NCBI RefSeq assembly: GCF_006345805.1
Contig: NW_021824989.1
Coordinates: 1 to 16,643, forward strand
Source of the DNA: Octopus sinensis
Taxonomy: Eukaryota
Length of the DNA stretch: 16,643 bases
Reading direction: 5' to 3'
The position numbers and the translations under genes are program-made. Position 1 is the stretch's first letter. Each line of letters starts with the position of its first letter. Below, piece by piece: positions 1 to 9,230 of this stretch. The notes beneath the pieces were generated by a model, which saw only the letters and a list, made by a program, of their open reading frames with translations, ran no database searches and was not told the DNA's origin.

Positions 1-200
1 CCGGTGAAATGCTCAGTGGTATTTCGTCTGCCGCTACGTTCTGAGTTCAAATTACGCCGAGGTCGATTTTGCCTTTCATCCTTTCGGGGTCGATTAAATT
101 AGTACCAGTTACGCACTGGAATCGACATAATCGACTTAATCCGTTTGTCTGTCCTTGTTTGTCCTCTCTGTGTTAAGCCCCTTGAGGGTAGAAAAGAAAT
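1..200 (+). mobile_element. tRNA-derived SINE, family A, tail type 1 (5' end cut by window edge)
   Basis: B-box-like GAGTTCAAATT, then the body GCCTTTCATCCTTTCGGGGTCGAT..AGTACCAG that recurs at ~255, ~480 and ~3490. Tail TGTTTGTCCTCTCTGTGTTAAGCCCCTTGAGGGTAGAAAAGAAAT resembles the tail of the 3388 copy. Confidence 0.85.
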
Positions 201-202
201 AT

Positions 203-370
203 TTATTTCGTCTGTCGTTACGTTCTGAGTTCAAATTCCGCCGAGGTCAACTTTGCCTTTCATCCTTTCGGGGTCGATAAATTAAGTACCAGTTGCGTAC
301 TGGGGTCGATCTAATCAACTGGCCCCCTCTCCCAGAATTTTGGGCCTTTGTACCTAAAGTAGAAAAGTAT
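203..370 (+). mobile_element. SINE family A, 5'-truncated, tail type 2
   Basis: Starts at TATTTCGTCTG immediately after the tail of copy 1. Same B box and body; tail GGCCCCCTCTCCCAGAATTTTGGGCCTTTGTACCTAAAGTAGAAAAG. Confidence 0.85.
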
Positions 371-377
371 ATTTTTT

Positions 378-597
378 AAAGCAGCGAGCTAGCAGAAACA
401 TTCGCACGCCGGATGAAATGCTTAGCGATATTTCGTCTGTCTTTATGTTCTGAGTTCAAATTCCGCCGTGGTTAACTTTGCCTTTCATCCTTTCGGGGTC
501 GATAAATTAAGTACCAGTTGCGTAGTGGGGTCGATCTAATCGACTAGCTCCCTCCTCCAAAATTTCGGGCGTTGTACCTAGAGTAGAAAAGAGTATA
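378..597 (+). mobile_element. SINE family A, near full length, tail type 2
   Basis: Head AAAGCAGCGAGCTAGCAGAAAC (degenerate A box), B box GAGTTCAAATTCC, shared body, tail ..AAAATTTCGGGCGTTGTACCTAGAGTAGAAAAG. Confidence 0.85.
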
Positions 598-1128
598 TCT
601 ATGAACAACGAGACACAAGCGTTTTAATCCTACAGTTTATTCAGACACAGTTCATTTTTTTAAGACTGTAGGATAATATTTAAGCTGAGATTTTATCGCT
701 GTTATTTCTAGCTTGTTGGCTGACCCGGGAGAGATTCACATCGTTAACTCAACAAAAGTTTGTTTAATTCATTCGGGAAAATTACATCAAAAATATTTAA
801 TAATTTTAGCGATATTAGTTATAACACAGATATCCTATTTGAAATAGATCGCGCTTCAATTATTTGTGTTATCTAAACAAATACCATCAACAAAAGACTC
901 GTTAGGTGACTAATCGTAATAGAAAAAAATCTCCTTTCAAAATCCATTCGGAAAGAGAAAGAAAAACAATAACAATTACCAACTTTTATCAGATTAATAA
1001 TGTGTAATAATTATTTTACAATGAATTCCTTTTATCTACGTATTCTTTGATTACTAATTAGTAATTTCAATAGTACTTCTTTTTAATTAGAATTTTATAT
1101 TGAAGTACTTATAATCTCATTTCGACAA

Positions 1129-1139
1129 GGAGGAGGAGG

Positions 1140-1228
<89 letters not shown>

Positions 1229-1318
1229 AAGAAGAAGAAGAAGAAGAAGAAGAAGAAGAATAGTAATAATAATAATAAGAATAATAATAATAAGAATAAT
1301 AATAATAATAATAATAAT
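1129..1318. repeat. Compound trinucleotide microsatellite (GGA)4(TAA)20(GAA)20 followed by imperfect (TAA)n
   Basis: Read directly: TAA run 1141-1200, GAA run 1201-1260. Confidence 0.98.
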
Positions 1319-1365
1319 CCCAGAAGTTGCTGAGAATGAGGATTATAAAATCGTGTAGGATGAAA

Positions 1366-1501
1366 AATGAAACCTTCAGTCTGCTTTCAGTTCTGAACTT
1401 CCCAGTCACTGATGGGTTGTTGGTTGGTCTACATCAGCATTTCGATTCCGAATTATACACTGTCCATGCAGAGGCTTCTGATTCTACCACTCTTCAATTT
1501 G
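1366..1501 (-). pseudogene. Decayed fragment of an R4/Dong-type (RLE-encoding) non-LTR retrotransposon ORF, region C-terminal to the RT domain
   Basis: Manual minus-strand translation from 1501: [38 protein letters not shown], then a frameshift, then TEGFI. This fits the W..KPLHGQ...D..T.QWL....LK.ETEGFI motif I recognise from R4/Dong-like elements. Two stops and one frameshift, so absent from the ORF track. Confidence 0.75.
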
Positions 1502-1510
1502 CTTATTATT

Positions 1511-1545
<35 letters not shown>

Positions 1546-1615
1546 TATTATTATTATTATTATTCTTATTATTATTATTATTATTTATTATTATTATTAT
1601 TATTATTGTTATTAT
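1502..1615. repeat. (TTA)n/(TCA)n microsatellite, i.e. (TAA)n/(TGA)n on the minus strand
   Basis: Read directly. Confidence 0.95.
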
Positions 1616-1616
1616 G

Positions 1617-1666
1617 TCTTTATATATACGTGGGTATATGTATGTATGTATGTATGTATGTATATA

Positions 1667-1740
<74 letters not shown>
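1617..1740. repeat. Compound (TATG)n(TA)n(TG)n microsatellite
   Basis: Read directly. Confidence 0.95.
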
Positions 1741-1974
1741 CATTACGTAGTGTGTCATGTGTATATGTACGTGCGTAATGTGTATGCGTTTGTAAATGTC
1801 TTTGTTAATGTTTAGTGTTATGGGTCTGTACCCGAAAGTTAATAAACCACTTCGATAAATATACTACAATGCTGTACTCTGCCAGAGTACATATATAAAG
1901 AGAGATAATAGTTAGACGTTCACTACTACAAATAGATAGGTGTCAACTTTCAGCATGCATACACACGCACAAAC

Positions 1975-2070
1975 ATATGTATTTATGTATATATATATAT
2001 ATATTATATATCTATTATATAGATATATATTATATGAGTGTATGTGTGTACGTGTAATCATGTCTGTGTA

Positions 2071-2151
<81 letters not shown>

Positions 2152-2275
2152 TAAATATATACATATACAGACATTATTACACATACACACATACACACAC
2201 ATACACACATATAAATATATATATATATATATGTACGTGCACAAACACAAATATACATACATATAGAGGGATATA
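1975..2275. repeat. (TA)n-dominated compound microsatellite with CA/TACA segments; pure TA run ~2074-2148
   Basis: Read directly. Confidence 0.93.
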
Positions 2276-2469
2276 TCCTTATATTCTGTTTGCATATATA
2301 TCATATGCATATTATATGTCTATATGAATGCATGTATGTATGTAGAAAGAAAGAAATATAGGCGGAGACAGTGATATCTTGAATTTTGGTAAAATATATT
2401 TCTGATCGTTTTGTCTTTAGAATGGCCGACACAACAAAATGTAAACTTAGGCAGTCATCTTCTATCAAA

Positions 2470-2870
2470 GATCATGCGTTTCTTCTAATCATTACGAAGG
2501 ATTTATAACAAATCATACATCATAAGAGACAATCATTGAACGCGAGCGAAATCCATAGATGTATATAAATCTCCGTTTGGTGACGAGTGGCTTCGAGTTG
2601 TGCTGGGAAATTCTAAGAGCTAAGACAATGTGGAGCGGAGTTTTGGTCAGTATAGAAATGCTATTACCTAAGATTCTCAAGAGGTTCTCTTTTTATGTCG
2701 GTTGTCTTTTGAGAAATGGATGTTTGGATCTATGTGAAGACTTCCAGAATAATAGATCGAGAAGAAAGTTTGAATTTCATAGAAGACAATCGCTTATTTA
2801 TAAGACAGACATCGTTGAAAAGATGAAAGAATTGAAGTGAAGAGAAAATGGCAAAGCGGGGCCACATGAA
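2470..2870 (+). mobile_element. Highly decayed mariner-type transposase, N-terminal half
   Basis: Colinear motif remnants across frames: LNASEIHR (2536), then FGDE (~2575) (HTH1-like); FIEDNRLFIRQ (~2776, cf. IREDRRITIRE); GCA AAG CGG GG CCA CAT GAA (2851-2870) = AK(W>R)(V, 1-nt loss)PHE, the mariner WVPHEL linker. No TIRs found. Confidence 0.55.
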
Positions 2871-3029
2871 AGTCAAACTGATCCCAGTTTGGTTTTAGAT
2901 CTTCAAAAGCTATTATGGAGCTTCTGATAGTTGTGGTAGAAGCAATTAAATAACTGAGATTCTTAAAATGAAAAGATAAATGCAATACAGAGTCTACGCA
3001 CCGGTTTTCATTACACGAAAAGTTGGCTC

Positions 3030-3082
3030 ATATACACATACACACACATATATACACAGACACAGACACACACACACACACA

Positions 3083-3170
<88 letters not shown>

Positions 3171-3255
3171 TACGTGTATACACATGAATACATACTTGCC
3201 TTCATACATGCTCTCATGCCTGTATGTGTGTGGGATATTTTGATGTATGTATGTA
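3030..3255. repeat. (CA)n(TA)n compound microsatellite with degenerate flanks
   Basis: Read directly. Confidence 0.93.
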
Positions 3256-3387
3256 TGTTAGCACGGGCCCTATGTATCTATGCATATTAGCACGGGAAAT
3301 TCCGAGTGAGTGCCCGGCGTCGCTAGAAGATCCCTGGGAATGAGGCACCCCTTAACTTTTGTTAAATCATGTCTCTAAGTCAATAGA

Positions 3388-3622
3388 AAGGCGGCGAGCT
3401 GGCAGAAACGTTAGCACACCGGGCATAATGCTTGGTAGTATTTCGTCTGCCGTTACCTTCTGAGTTCAAATTACGCCGAGGTCGATTTTGCCTTTCATCC
3501 TTTCGGGGTCGATTAAATAAGTACCATTTACGCACTGGGGTCGATATAATCGACTTAATACCTTTGTCTGTTTTTGTTTGCCCCCTCTATGTTTAGCCCC
3601 TTGTGGGCAATAAAGAAATAAG
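3388..3622 (+). mobile_element. SINE family A, full length, tail type 1
   Basis: Head AAGGCGGCGAGCTGGCAGAAACG (A-box-like 3400-3410), B box GAGTTCAAATT 3462-3472, shared body, tail ending GCCCCTTGTGGGCAATAAAGAAATAA. Confidence 0.9.
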
Positions 3623-3639
3623 AATATCACTCTGATATA

Positions 3640-3990
3640 AAACCAGATATGCAGGGAATGGCATTGGATATTTGGGGTTGAAATCATGGCGCTCCCACGT
3701 TCCTGAGCATGCGACCCATTTTGGCAATGCGTATCTGGCCCTGACTTATCTCTGTATTATGTCAGTAGGGTGTAAAGTAAGTTCTGTGAGGTTCTGTGCA
3801 AGTCTTATTGGACCTAAAACTTTAGGTTGTGCAATCGCCGTCGAGGCGACTATCCGATGCCCGGTCGAGCAGGATGGCGCCGCGGAAAGCATAGAAATCG
3901 TAGACGTGAACCCGGGTGGTGCAATTACATCATCCACGGGTATTACTGCATTACGTATGGGCAATGGTCAGTGAGAGTCTTCTTTTGTCA
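3640..3990 (-). other. GC-richer island with S/T/P/A-rich open frame; possible decayed coding remnant of unknown origin
   Basis: CpG-containing, visibly GC-richer than flanks; minus ORF 3746-3964 continues in a shifted frame to ~3650. No recognisable domain. Confidence 0.25.
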
Positions 3991-4079
3991 CTAGTGGACA
4001 GCCATCATCATTATCCTTAACATCATGTATGCATATACGCATGTATGTACCCCACCGTCTCTATAGACCTTTAGGATAG

Positions 4080-4400
4080 TTTTTCATTCTCCTTTGCGTT
4101 ACCCATTTTTGTCTTATCTTGCAGCCTTAAGGCTTTTTAACTGTATATGTATTATCATTGCTTTAACGTTTGTCTTCGTGTCGCCCTAAGCCTTTATTCT
4201 GTTTATTGTCTTGTTCCTCGTCCGTCTCCTAACGGTCTCGTCTCGAGCCCGTTTCGTTTTTTTATGCTTTGGTCCCATTCCCGCAGGTTTCTTGCCGGTG
4301 CCTCCAAAGTGGCAGCAATATTATCGATAATGGCCGAAATAGCGCTCGGCCCTCTGGTCGATAACTGATGAGGCGTGTTGACCTTCTGTGTTTCCAGTTC
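4080..4400 (+). mobile_element. Possible Penelope-like terminal remnant
   Basis: T/C-rich stretch ending in CGATAACTGATGAGG (4359-4373). Shares three colinear motifs with the reverse complement of 15139-15362. Confidence 0.35.
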
Positions 4401-4569
4401 GTCTATCTATTTAATATGTGTTCATATGTCAATTTACTACACGTTTTTTTAATGATAAGTATATATATATGAGTTCAGCAAAATTTAGATTCAGATGAAT
4501 ATGGTACTTAAGTCAAAGGCACCAGAATTTTATATGGTATTGTCCATATACATCCATGGGGTGATTACA

Positions 4570-4621
4570 ATCAAAATAAGCAACAAGTATATCCTCGGAT
4601 ATACTTGTTGCTTATTTTGAT
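4570..4621. repeat. Perfect inverted repeat: 25-bp arms, 2-nt spacer
   Basis: ATCAAAATAAGCAACAAGTATATCC (4570-4594) - TC - GGATATACTTGTTGCTTATTTTGAT (4597-4621); exact reverse complements. Confidence 0.97.
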
Positions 4622-4681
4622 AATATATATATATTATATATATATATATTATATATAAATATAATATATATATATAGTATA

Positions 4682-4718
<37 letters not shown>

Positions 4719-4730
4719 TATATATATATG
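4622..4730. repeat. Imperfect (TA)n microsatellite
   Basis: Read directly. Confidence 0.93.
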
Positions 4731-4734
4731 TAAA

Positions 4735-4845
4735 AAACAGGACAAGAACGCAAAACATTTAGAAGACGATATAAAAACACGGACGGGACATTCGAAGCCC
4801 TCAATCCTCAGTCAAGAACCCGATCATCCTCGCAATTTAGGCACA
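4735..4845 (-). mobile_element. Possible Penelope-like terminal remnant
   Basis: Minus strand reads GCCTAAATTGCG..TTGA CTGAGGA TTGAGGGCTT CGAAT GTCCCGT. Shares CAGGACA, ACGGGACA and CAATCC..CCTCAGT with 15058-15148; abuts (TA)n. Confidence 0.4.
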
Positions 4846-5099
4846 TATCAATATATATACAGGTATGTCATATATTCCATTTGTTGTCTTTTTATTTAAT
4901 CCTGAAAATATTATTTATGTAACGCACAGTGAGACAAAAGTAGCGCCCAATTGCTGTTTTAGGGTTGATATGCATCACTTCCCAGTTGGGCGATACTTTT
5001 TGACTCGTGATTCTTGTTCGACGGGTTTGAAATGTCAAAGAGCATTAACGACATGATGCATGATCCAGACTCAGTAATTTCCAACACTGCCAGCAATAA

Positions 5100-5162
5100 C
5101 ATGCAAAACCACAAAGGCGTGACTTCTCAGAAACTGGGCGCCATTTTTGATTCACCCTGTAC
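5100..5162 (-). mobile_element. Probable terminal inverted repeat of a Tc1/mariner element
   Basis: Ends ..ATTTTTGATTCACCCTGTA, i.e. TA|CAGGGTGAATCAAAAAT on the minus strand, a typical TA|CAGGGTG terminus. No convincing partner TIR or transposase seen. Confidence 0.4.
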
Positions 5163-6214
5163 ATTAAGAATGCAGTAAAAAAAGAAAAACCGTATTAATG
5201 AGATTTCTAAAGGAAAATATTAGGAACGAAGTTGTTATTCCATTTTTATGAATAATTATGTTCCAAATTAAGATAAGATAGAGCAGATAGTGCAAGTTTA
5301 AAATATAAAATAAAGTTCTAAAGAAAAGTGATTAAATTAAATCATAGGTTACTTACTTAATTGATACGAGTCATTTAATTAGCTTCCCCAATATAGGAAA
5401 GTTAATCCTCAGAAGAGGTGTATACTATATTCTAAAATTTATAAAATCTAAAATTAAATAGGTTGAATTCTATTTAAAATATAATTAAAAATGAAAGGAT
5501 AATTCAAAAAGTAATAATTCTAAAATAATTATTTTAAAAATGATTAAAATAATAAAAAGAGCAATAAAGTACTTAAGTATTTAAAGAAATGTTTTAAAAT
5601 AAAATATTTTTAAGAATATAAATAAAGAAATGAAGTAAAAAGTATTAATAAGAAAATTAAAATAACTAAAATAATTAAAAATGATATAACTGTACACAAT
5701 ATTTATACTATATTTATACTGAGCCAAGAAAAGGTATATATTGCCTTTTGTATTATGTTGCATTATTCTGTATTATTTATATTAGGGAAGGTTTCGAAAG
5801 TCCTTCTGAATAAAAGTGCACAGCGTAATAAAAATTCATTTCTGTTATAAAATATTTTAAATATGAAAGCAAGGAAATGCAGCATTTCAAGGCATTAGTT
5901 GTACTTTAGTTTTCCTTCATTATATGAAAGGGAGCTACCTGTTATAGACCATTTAATATCATACTTAACATTCCACGCTTTAAAACTCCAGATACTTTTA
6001 CGTAATGAAGTGACGCTTTCTGTTTTTCTGAATTTAAACGAAGATACATGATTCTACAACTTGATTAGAATCTAGTTGCCAAGACCCTATATAGCAGTAG
6101 TTTCTCCTGTTCCTAGCAAGCATTTATACACTATATTCTTTGGTTAAGCACTGGGTGTCTAAACAAAACACATATGTATGTGACATCGATGATGTTTACA
6201 TAATTAGAACTGCT

Positions 6215-6497
6215 ATATATACAAGACAGAACCTCGCTCACTGGAGGACTTGGAGACATGGATTCAGGAGGTTCTTGATGATATCGCAGACGACGTCCTT
6301 CAGAAGGTTGTTCATTCTATCCCTGGCCGTTTGAGAAAAATGGTTAACGTCACCGGTGCTTACGTTAAAACATGAAGATTTGCTTTCATTTTCCCATGTA
6401 ATAAAGAACATGTATATTTCGTGTCAATAAATTTCTCAAAGGAATATCGATTTTATTACCAATTTTTAATGCTTACTTACTTTTCACCCATCCTGTA
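6215..6497 (+). mobile_element. 3' portion of a Tc1/mariner element (transposase C-terminus plus right TIR)
   Basis: From ~6232: PRSLEDLETWIQEVLDDIADDVLQKVVHSIPGRLRKMVNVTGAYVKT* (stop 6373-6375), typical of Tc1/mariner C-termini. Ends CTTACTTTTCACCCATCCTG|TA. Confidence 0.8.
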
Positions 6498-6672
6498 GAT
6501 ACACAAATGCATTGACACCGCTGTAGCAGATATACGCCCGCTATAGCACGTGAACAGCCACAAACCTGCAAACATACGACTCATCGGTTCTATACAGTGA
6601 CTTAGTATGCTAAAATTAGCTGCCATATTACCTCAACTAACTCTGTACATTCTTTAAAAGGAAAGACACACT

Positions 6673-6971
6673 TTTGTTCCTTCTCGAGCCATACCTGGCT
6701 CATAAGGACCAGTATCCCGGTTTCCTTAGCGTATAGGTTACCCACCTGGACGGGACGCCTGTCCGTCGCAGATGAGCTGCAAGATGTAGGCGGAAAGAGT
6801 GAGAGAAAGTTGTGGCGAAAGAGTCAGCAGAAGTTTCGCCATTACCTTCTGCCGGAGCCGCGTGGAGCTTAGGTGTTTTTGCTCATAAACACACACATCA
6901 CCCGGTCTGAGATTCGAACCCGCGATTCCTCGACCGCAAATCCGCTGCTCTAACCACTAGGCCATGTGCCT
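6673..6971 (-). mobile_element. tRNA-derived SINE, family B, tail type 1
   Basis: Minus head GGCACATGGCCTAGTGGTTAGAGCAGCGG..GGTTCGAATC (A and B boxes); shared body AAAACACCTAAGCTCCACG..CAACTTTCTCTCAC; tail ..GAGCCAGGTATGGCTCGAGAAGGAACAA. Confidence 0.88.
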
Positions 6972-7089
6972 AGGCCTAGATGTCGACGAAAGGATTGACC
7001 GGATACAAATCGAAATCCTAAAGTCGTGAGTATACTCGATCATGACTGTCCTGGGAGGAAACAACACCAAATCAGAAAAAAACTATCGA

Positions 7090-7910
7090 AGCATATAACA
7101 GAAAAATTACATACAGTTATAATCACACTACAGACACACGCATGTTGTATGTACAGATATACTGCATAATAACATACACAGAACATACACTTAAAACACA
7201 CAGACTCATATATGGAATACATACACACTTACACTTATAGTATTAAAGACATATGTAAGTATACACATAATAACATGCGCATACACACATCCATTGGACA
7301 ATTTAAACATACAATGTATGCATTGTATAATGACATACGCGTACAAACAAATATACACACCCCAAACATCTAAATATATTTCTTGCATACACTAAGAAAC
7401 AACACGCTATCATAGAATCACTCACAATTGCCACATAGGAATTTAGAAGTGCGCGTGTGTATATGTGTGTGTGGGGGGGGGGCGTAAACATATATATATT
7501 TATATTCATTTATATACGTATGTATACGTTATGTAGCACACGTACACACACAAGATGCTACGAGTAGACACAAACACCAAATTTTTATAATGTCTTTCCT
7601 GTAATGTCACACCACTGTTATTTATGGCGTCACGTTTACGTGACAGCTTTAGAGTACACTTGTATGCGCGTGTGTGAGTGCGTCTCAAATATATATCGCT
7701 TACTGTGTGGGTGTCTGTTGTGGCGTGCGTCTTTTGGAATTCATAATTAAAAATTATTTGTGTGCGAGTTGCTATGTAAACGTTTCTATCTGTGTGTCTT
7801 TATGTTACTGAAACATACAGACACACACAAACACACACACTCAAAATCGGAAACTCACACACACCTACACACACGCACAAACACATGCACACACACACAC
7901 ATAAACATAT
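7090..7910. repeat. Degenerate CA/TG/TA low-complexity tract
   Basis: Interrupted alternating purine-pyrimidine runs throughout. Confidence 0.75.
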
Positions 7911-8527
7911 AACGTATAGATTTGATTGAATATGTCAAAAAGTATATGAAGCATTCATCGCAAAAATATCACGCAAATTTTAAACATAAATCAGCCGTAA
8001 ACAACTATTGATCAACTCTAGTATGTAGCTTTCATGTGTGTAAAGTTTCATGTATGTAGTATGTAAATGTGTGGAAGTACATTCGTCGGACACTTTTTAA
8101 ACCCAGCAAATGATTTACAAAGGTTTATAATCAACTCATTACTAAATAAACAACGATCCGGTGAATGTCTGTTGGAATATGAAACTTAAAGTTACCCATT
8201 ATGTGTAATCATTAAGTTTGCATAGTTTTGTGTGGGGGTGTGAGTGCCTGCTTGTGACTTCCTTCAACTTTACGCTTGTTTTCCCTGAATCTCATTCATA
8301 GCAAGCAGAAGGAATTAGGAAACCATATTACAAATCCTGGTGTCTCTCTGAAACAGGAAACCAAACATTTTCTAAAAAGCGGAAATATCTTGAACATATT
8401 ATATAAACATCTATTTCAGAGTAAATCCTTACAACAAAGTACTTGAGTCTTTAACATTAAAATTCAAACAAGAACAGTCTTAATGCGGATGCTTTCCTCA
8501 TTCTTTCCTTAATACATATGCCTGGAT

Positions 8528-8890
8528 GGAGGCGCAGTGGCCCAATGGTTAGTGCAGCGGACTCACGGTCGTGGGATCGCGGTTTCGATTCCCAGACCAA
8601 GCGCTGTGAGTGTTTATTGAGCGAAAACACCTAAAGCTCCACGAGGATCCGGCAGCGTGGTAGCAAACTCTGCTGTACTCTTTCACCACAAAATTTCTCT
8701 CTTTATTCGTGTTTCTATCGTACCTGCCTTGTCGCACTCTGTATCACGTTGAATCTTCCCGAGAACTACGTTAAGCGTACACGTGTCTGTGGAGTGCTCA
8801 GCCACTTGCACGTAGACTTCACGAGCAGGCTCTTCCACTGATCGGATCAAGTGCAACGCTCGTCGTCGTAACCGACGGAGTGCCACGATG
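8528..8890 (+). mobile_element. SINE family B, full length, tail type 2, with probable 11-bp TSD
   Basis: A box TGGCCCAATGG 8538-8548, B box GGTTTCGATTC 8581-8591, shared body, tail ..CGTCGTCGTAACCGACGGAGTGCCAC. Flanks ACATATGCCTG (8514-8524) and ACAGATGCCTG (8891-8901), 10/11 identical. Confidence 0.9.
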
Positions 8891-8999
8891 ACAGATGCCT
8901 GCTGTTCAAATTGAAAGTACAAAATTTATCCATTTGAAGCAATTCTCAGCAAAATAATAGAGCCATGTTGAAGGAAAATCATCTAAAACACCTTGTTTT

Positions 9000-9230
9000 T
9001 TTATCTTTTTTGTCTTTGTACTGGCTTCAGTTGACTGCAGACATGCTGGAGCATTGCCTTCAAGAATTTTATTCGAACGAATTGTCTCAAATACGTCCTT
9101 TCTTTAAAACCTAGTACTTATTCTATTGGTGCCTTTTGCCGAACAGCTAAGTTAAAAGGACGCAAACATACCAACACTGGTTGTCGAGCGATAATGCTGG
9201 AGAAAACACACACACACACATATGTATGTA
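9000..9230 (-). mobile_element. SINE family C (CORE/MIR-like), 3' half
   Basis: Similar to 12885-13100 and 13128-13320 (..CATGCTGGAGCA..TACTTATTCTAT..GCCGAAC.GCTAA..); ends in the internal (CA)n spacer. Confidence 0.8.

Noticed and set aside
1-597. CRISPR-like array of repeated units
   Set aside because: Units are ~170-220 bp SINE copies without unique spacers, in a eukaryotic context.
627-674. 10-bp inverted repeat ATCCTACAGT/ACTGTAGGAT with a 28-nt loop (also 7-bp hairpins near 1873-1889 and 7629-7644)
   Set aside because: Short enough to arise by chance or as MITE debris; no TSD or supporting context.
1095-2310. ORF-track entries with poly-Y/S/H/I and YIYI or CVCV runs (also 2980-3243, 4530-4745, 10959-11686, 13200-13619)
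   Set aside because: Translations of microsatellites that lack stops in some frames; no coding evidence.
2409-2446. Splice-acceptor-like TTTTGTCTTTAG followed by ATG, as a host exon
   Set aside because: The frame closes after 28 codons, the donor is weak, and the region is better explained as a mariner remnant.
3305-3345. GTGCCCGGCGTCGCTAG, resembling a Helentron/HINE terminus
   Set aside because: Single short motif with no matching other end.
4330-4400. Functional type II hammerhead ribozyme (GAAA 4336-4339, CTGATGA 4365-4371)
   Set aside because: Stems I and III and an NUH site cannot be formed; GGCCGA/TCGGCC pair as a competing hairpin that sequesters GAAA.
5400-5770. Very A-rich stretch whose minus strand gives F/I/L-rich peptides, suggesting a mitochondrial insertion (NUMT)
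   Set aside because: No recognisable mitochondrial protein motif, and stops occur in the frames I read even under the invertebrate mitochondrial code; composition explains the peptides. A BLASTN hit to a cephalopod mitogenome would overturn this.
8528-8600. tRNA gene (also 6900-6971, 10660-10731, 3388-3475)
   Set aside because: A and B boxes are present, but each continues into a shared repeat body and tail; these are SINE heads.
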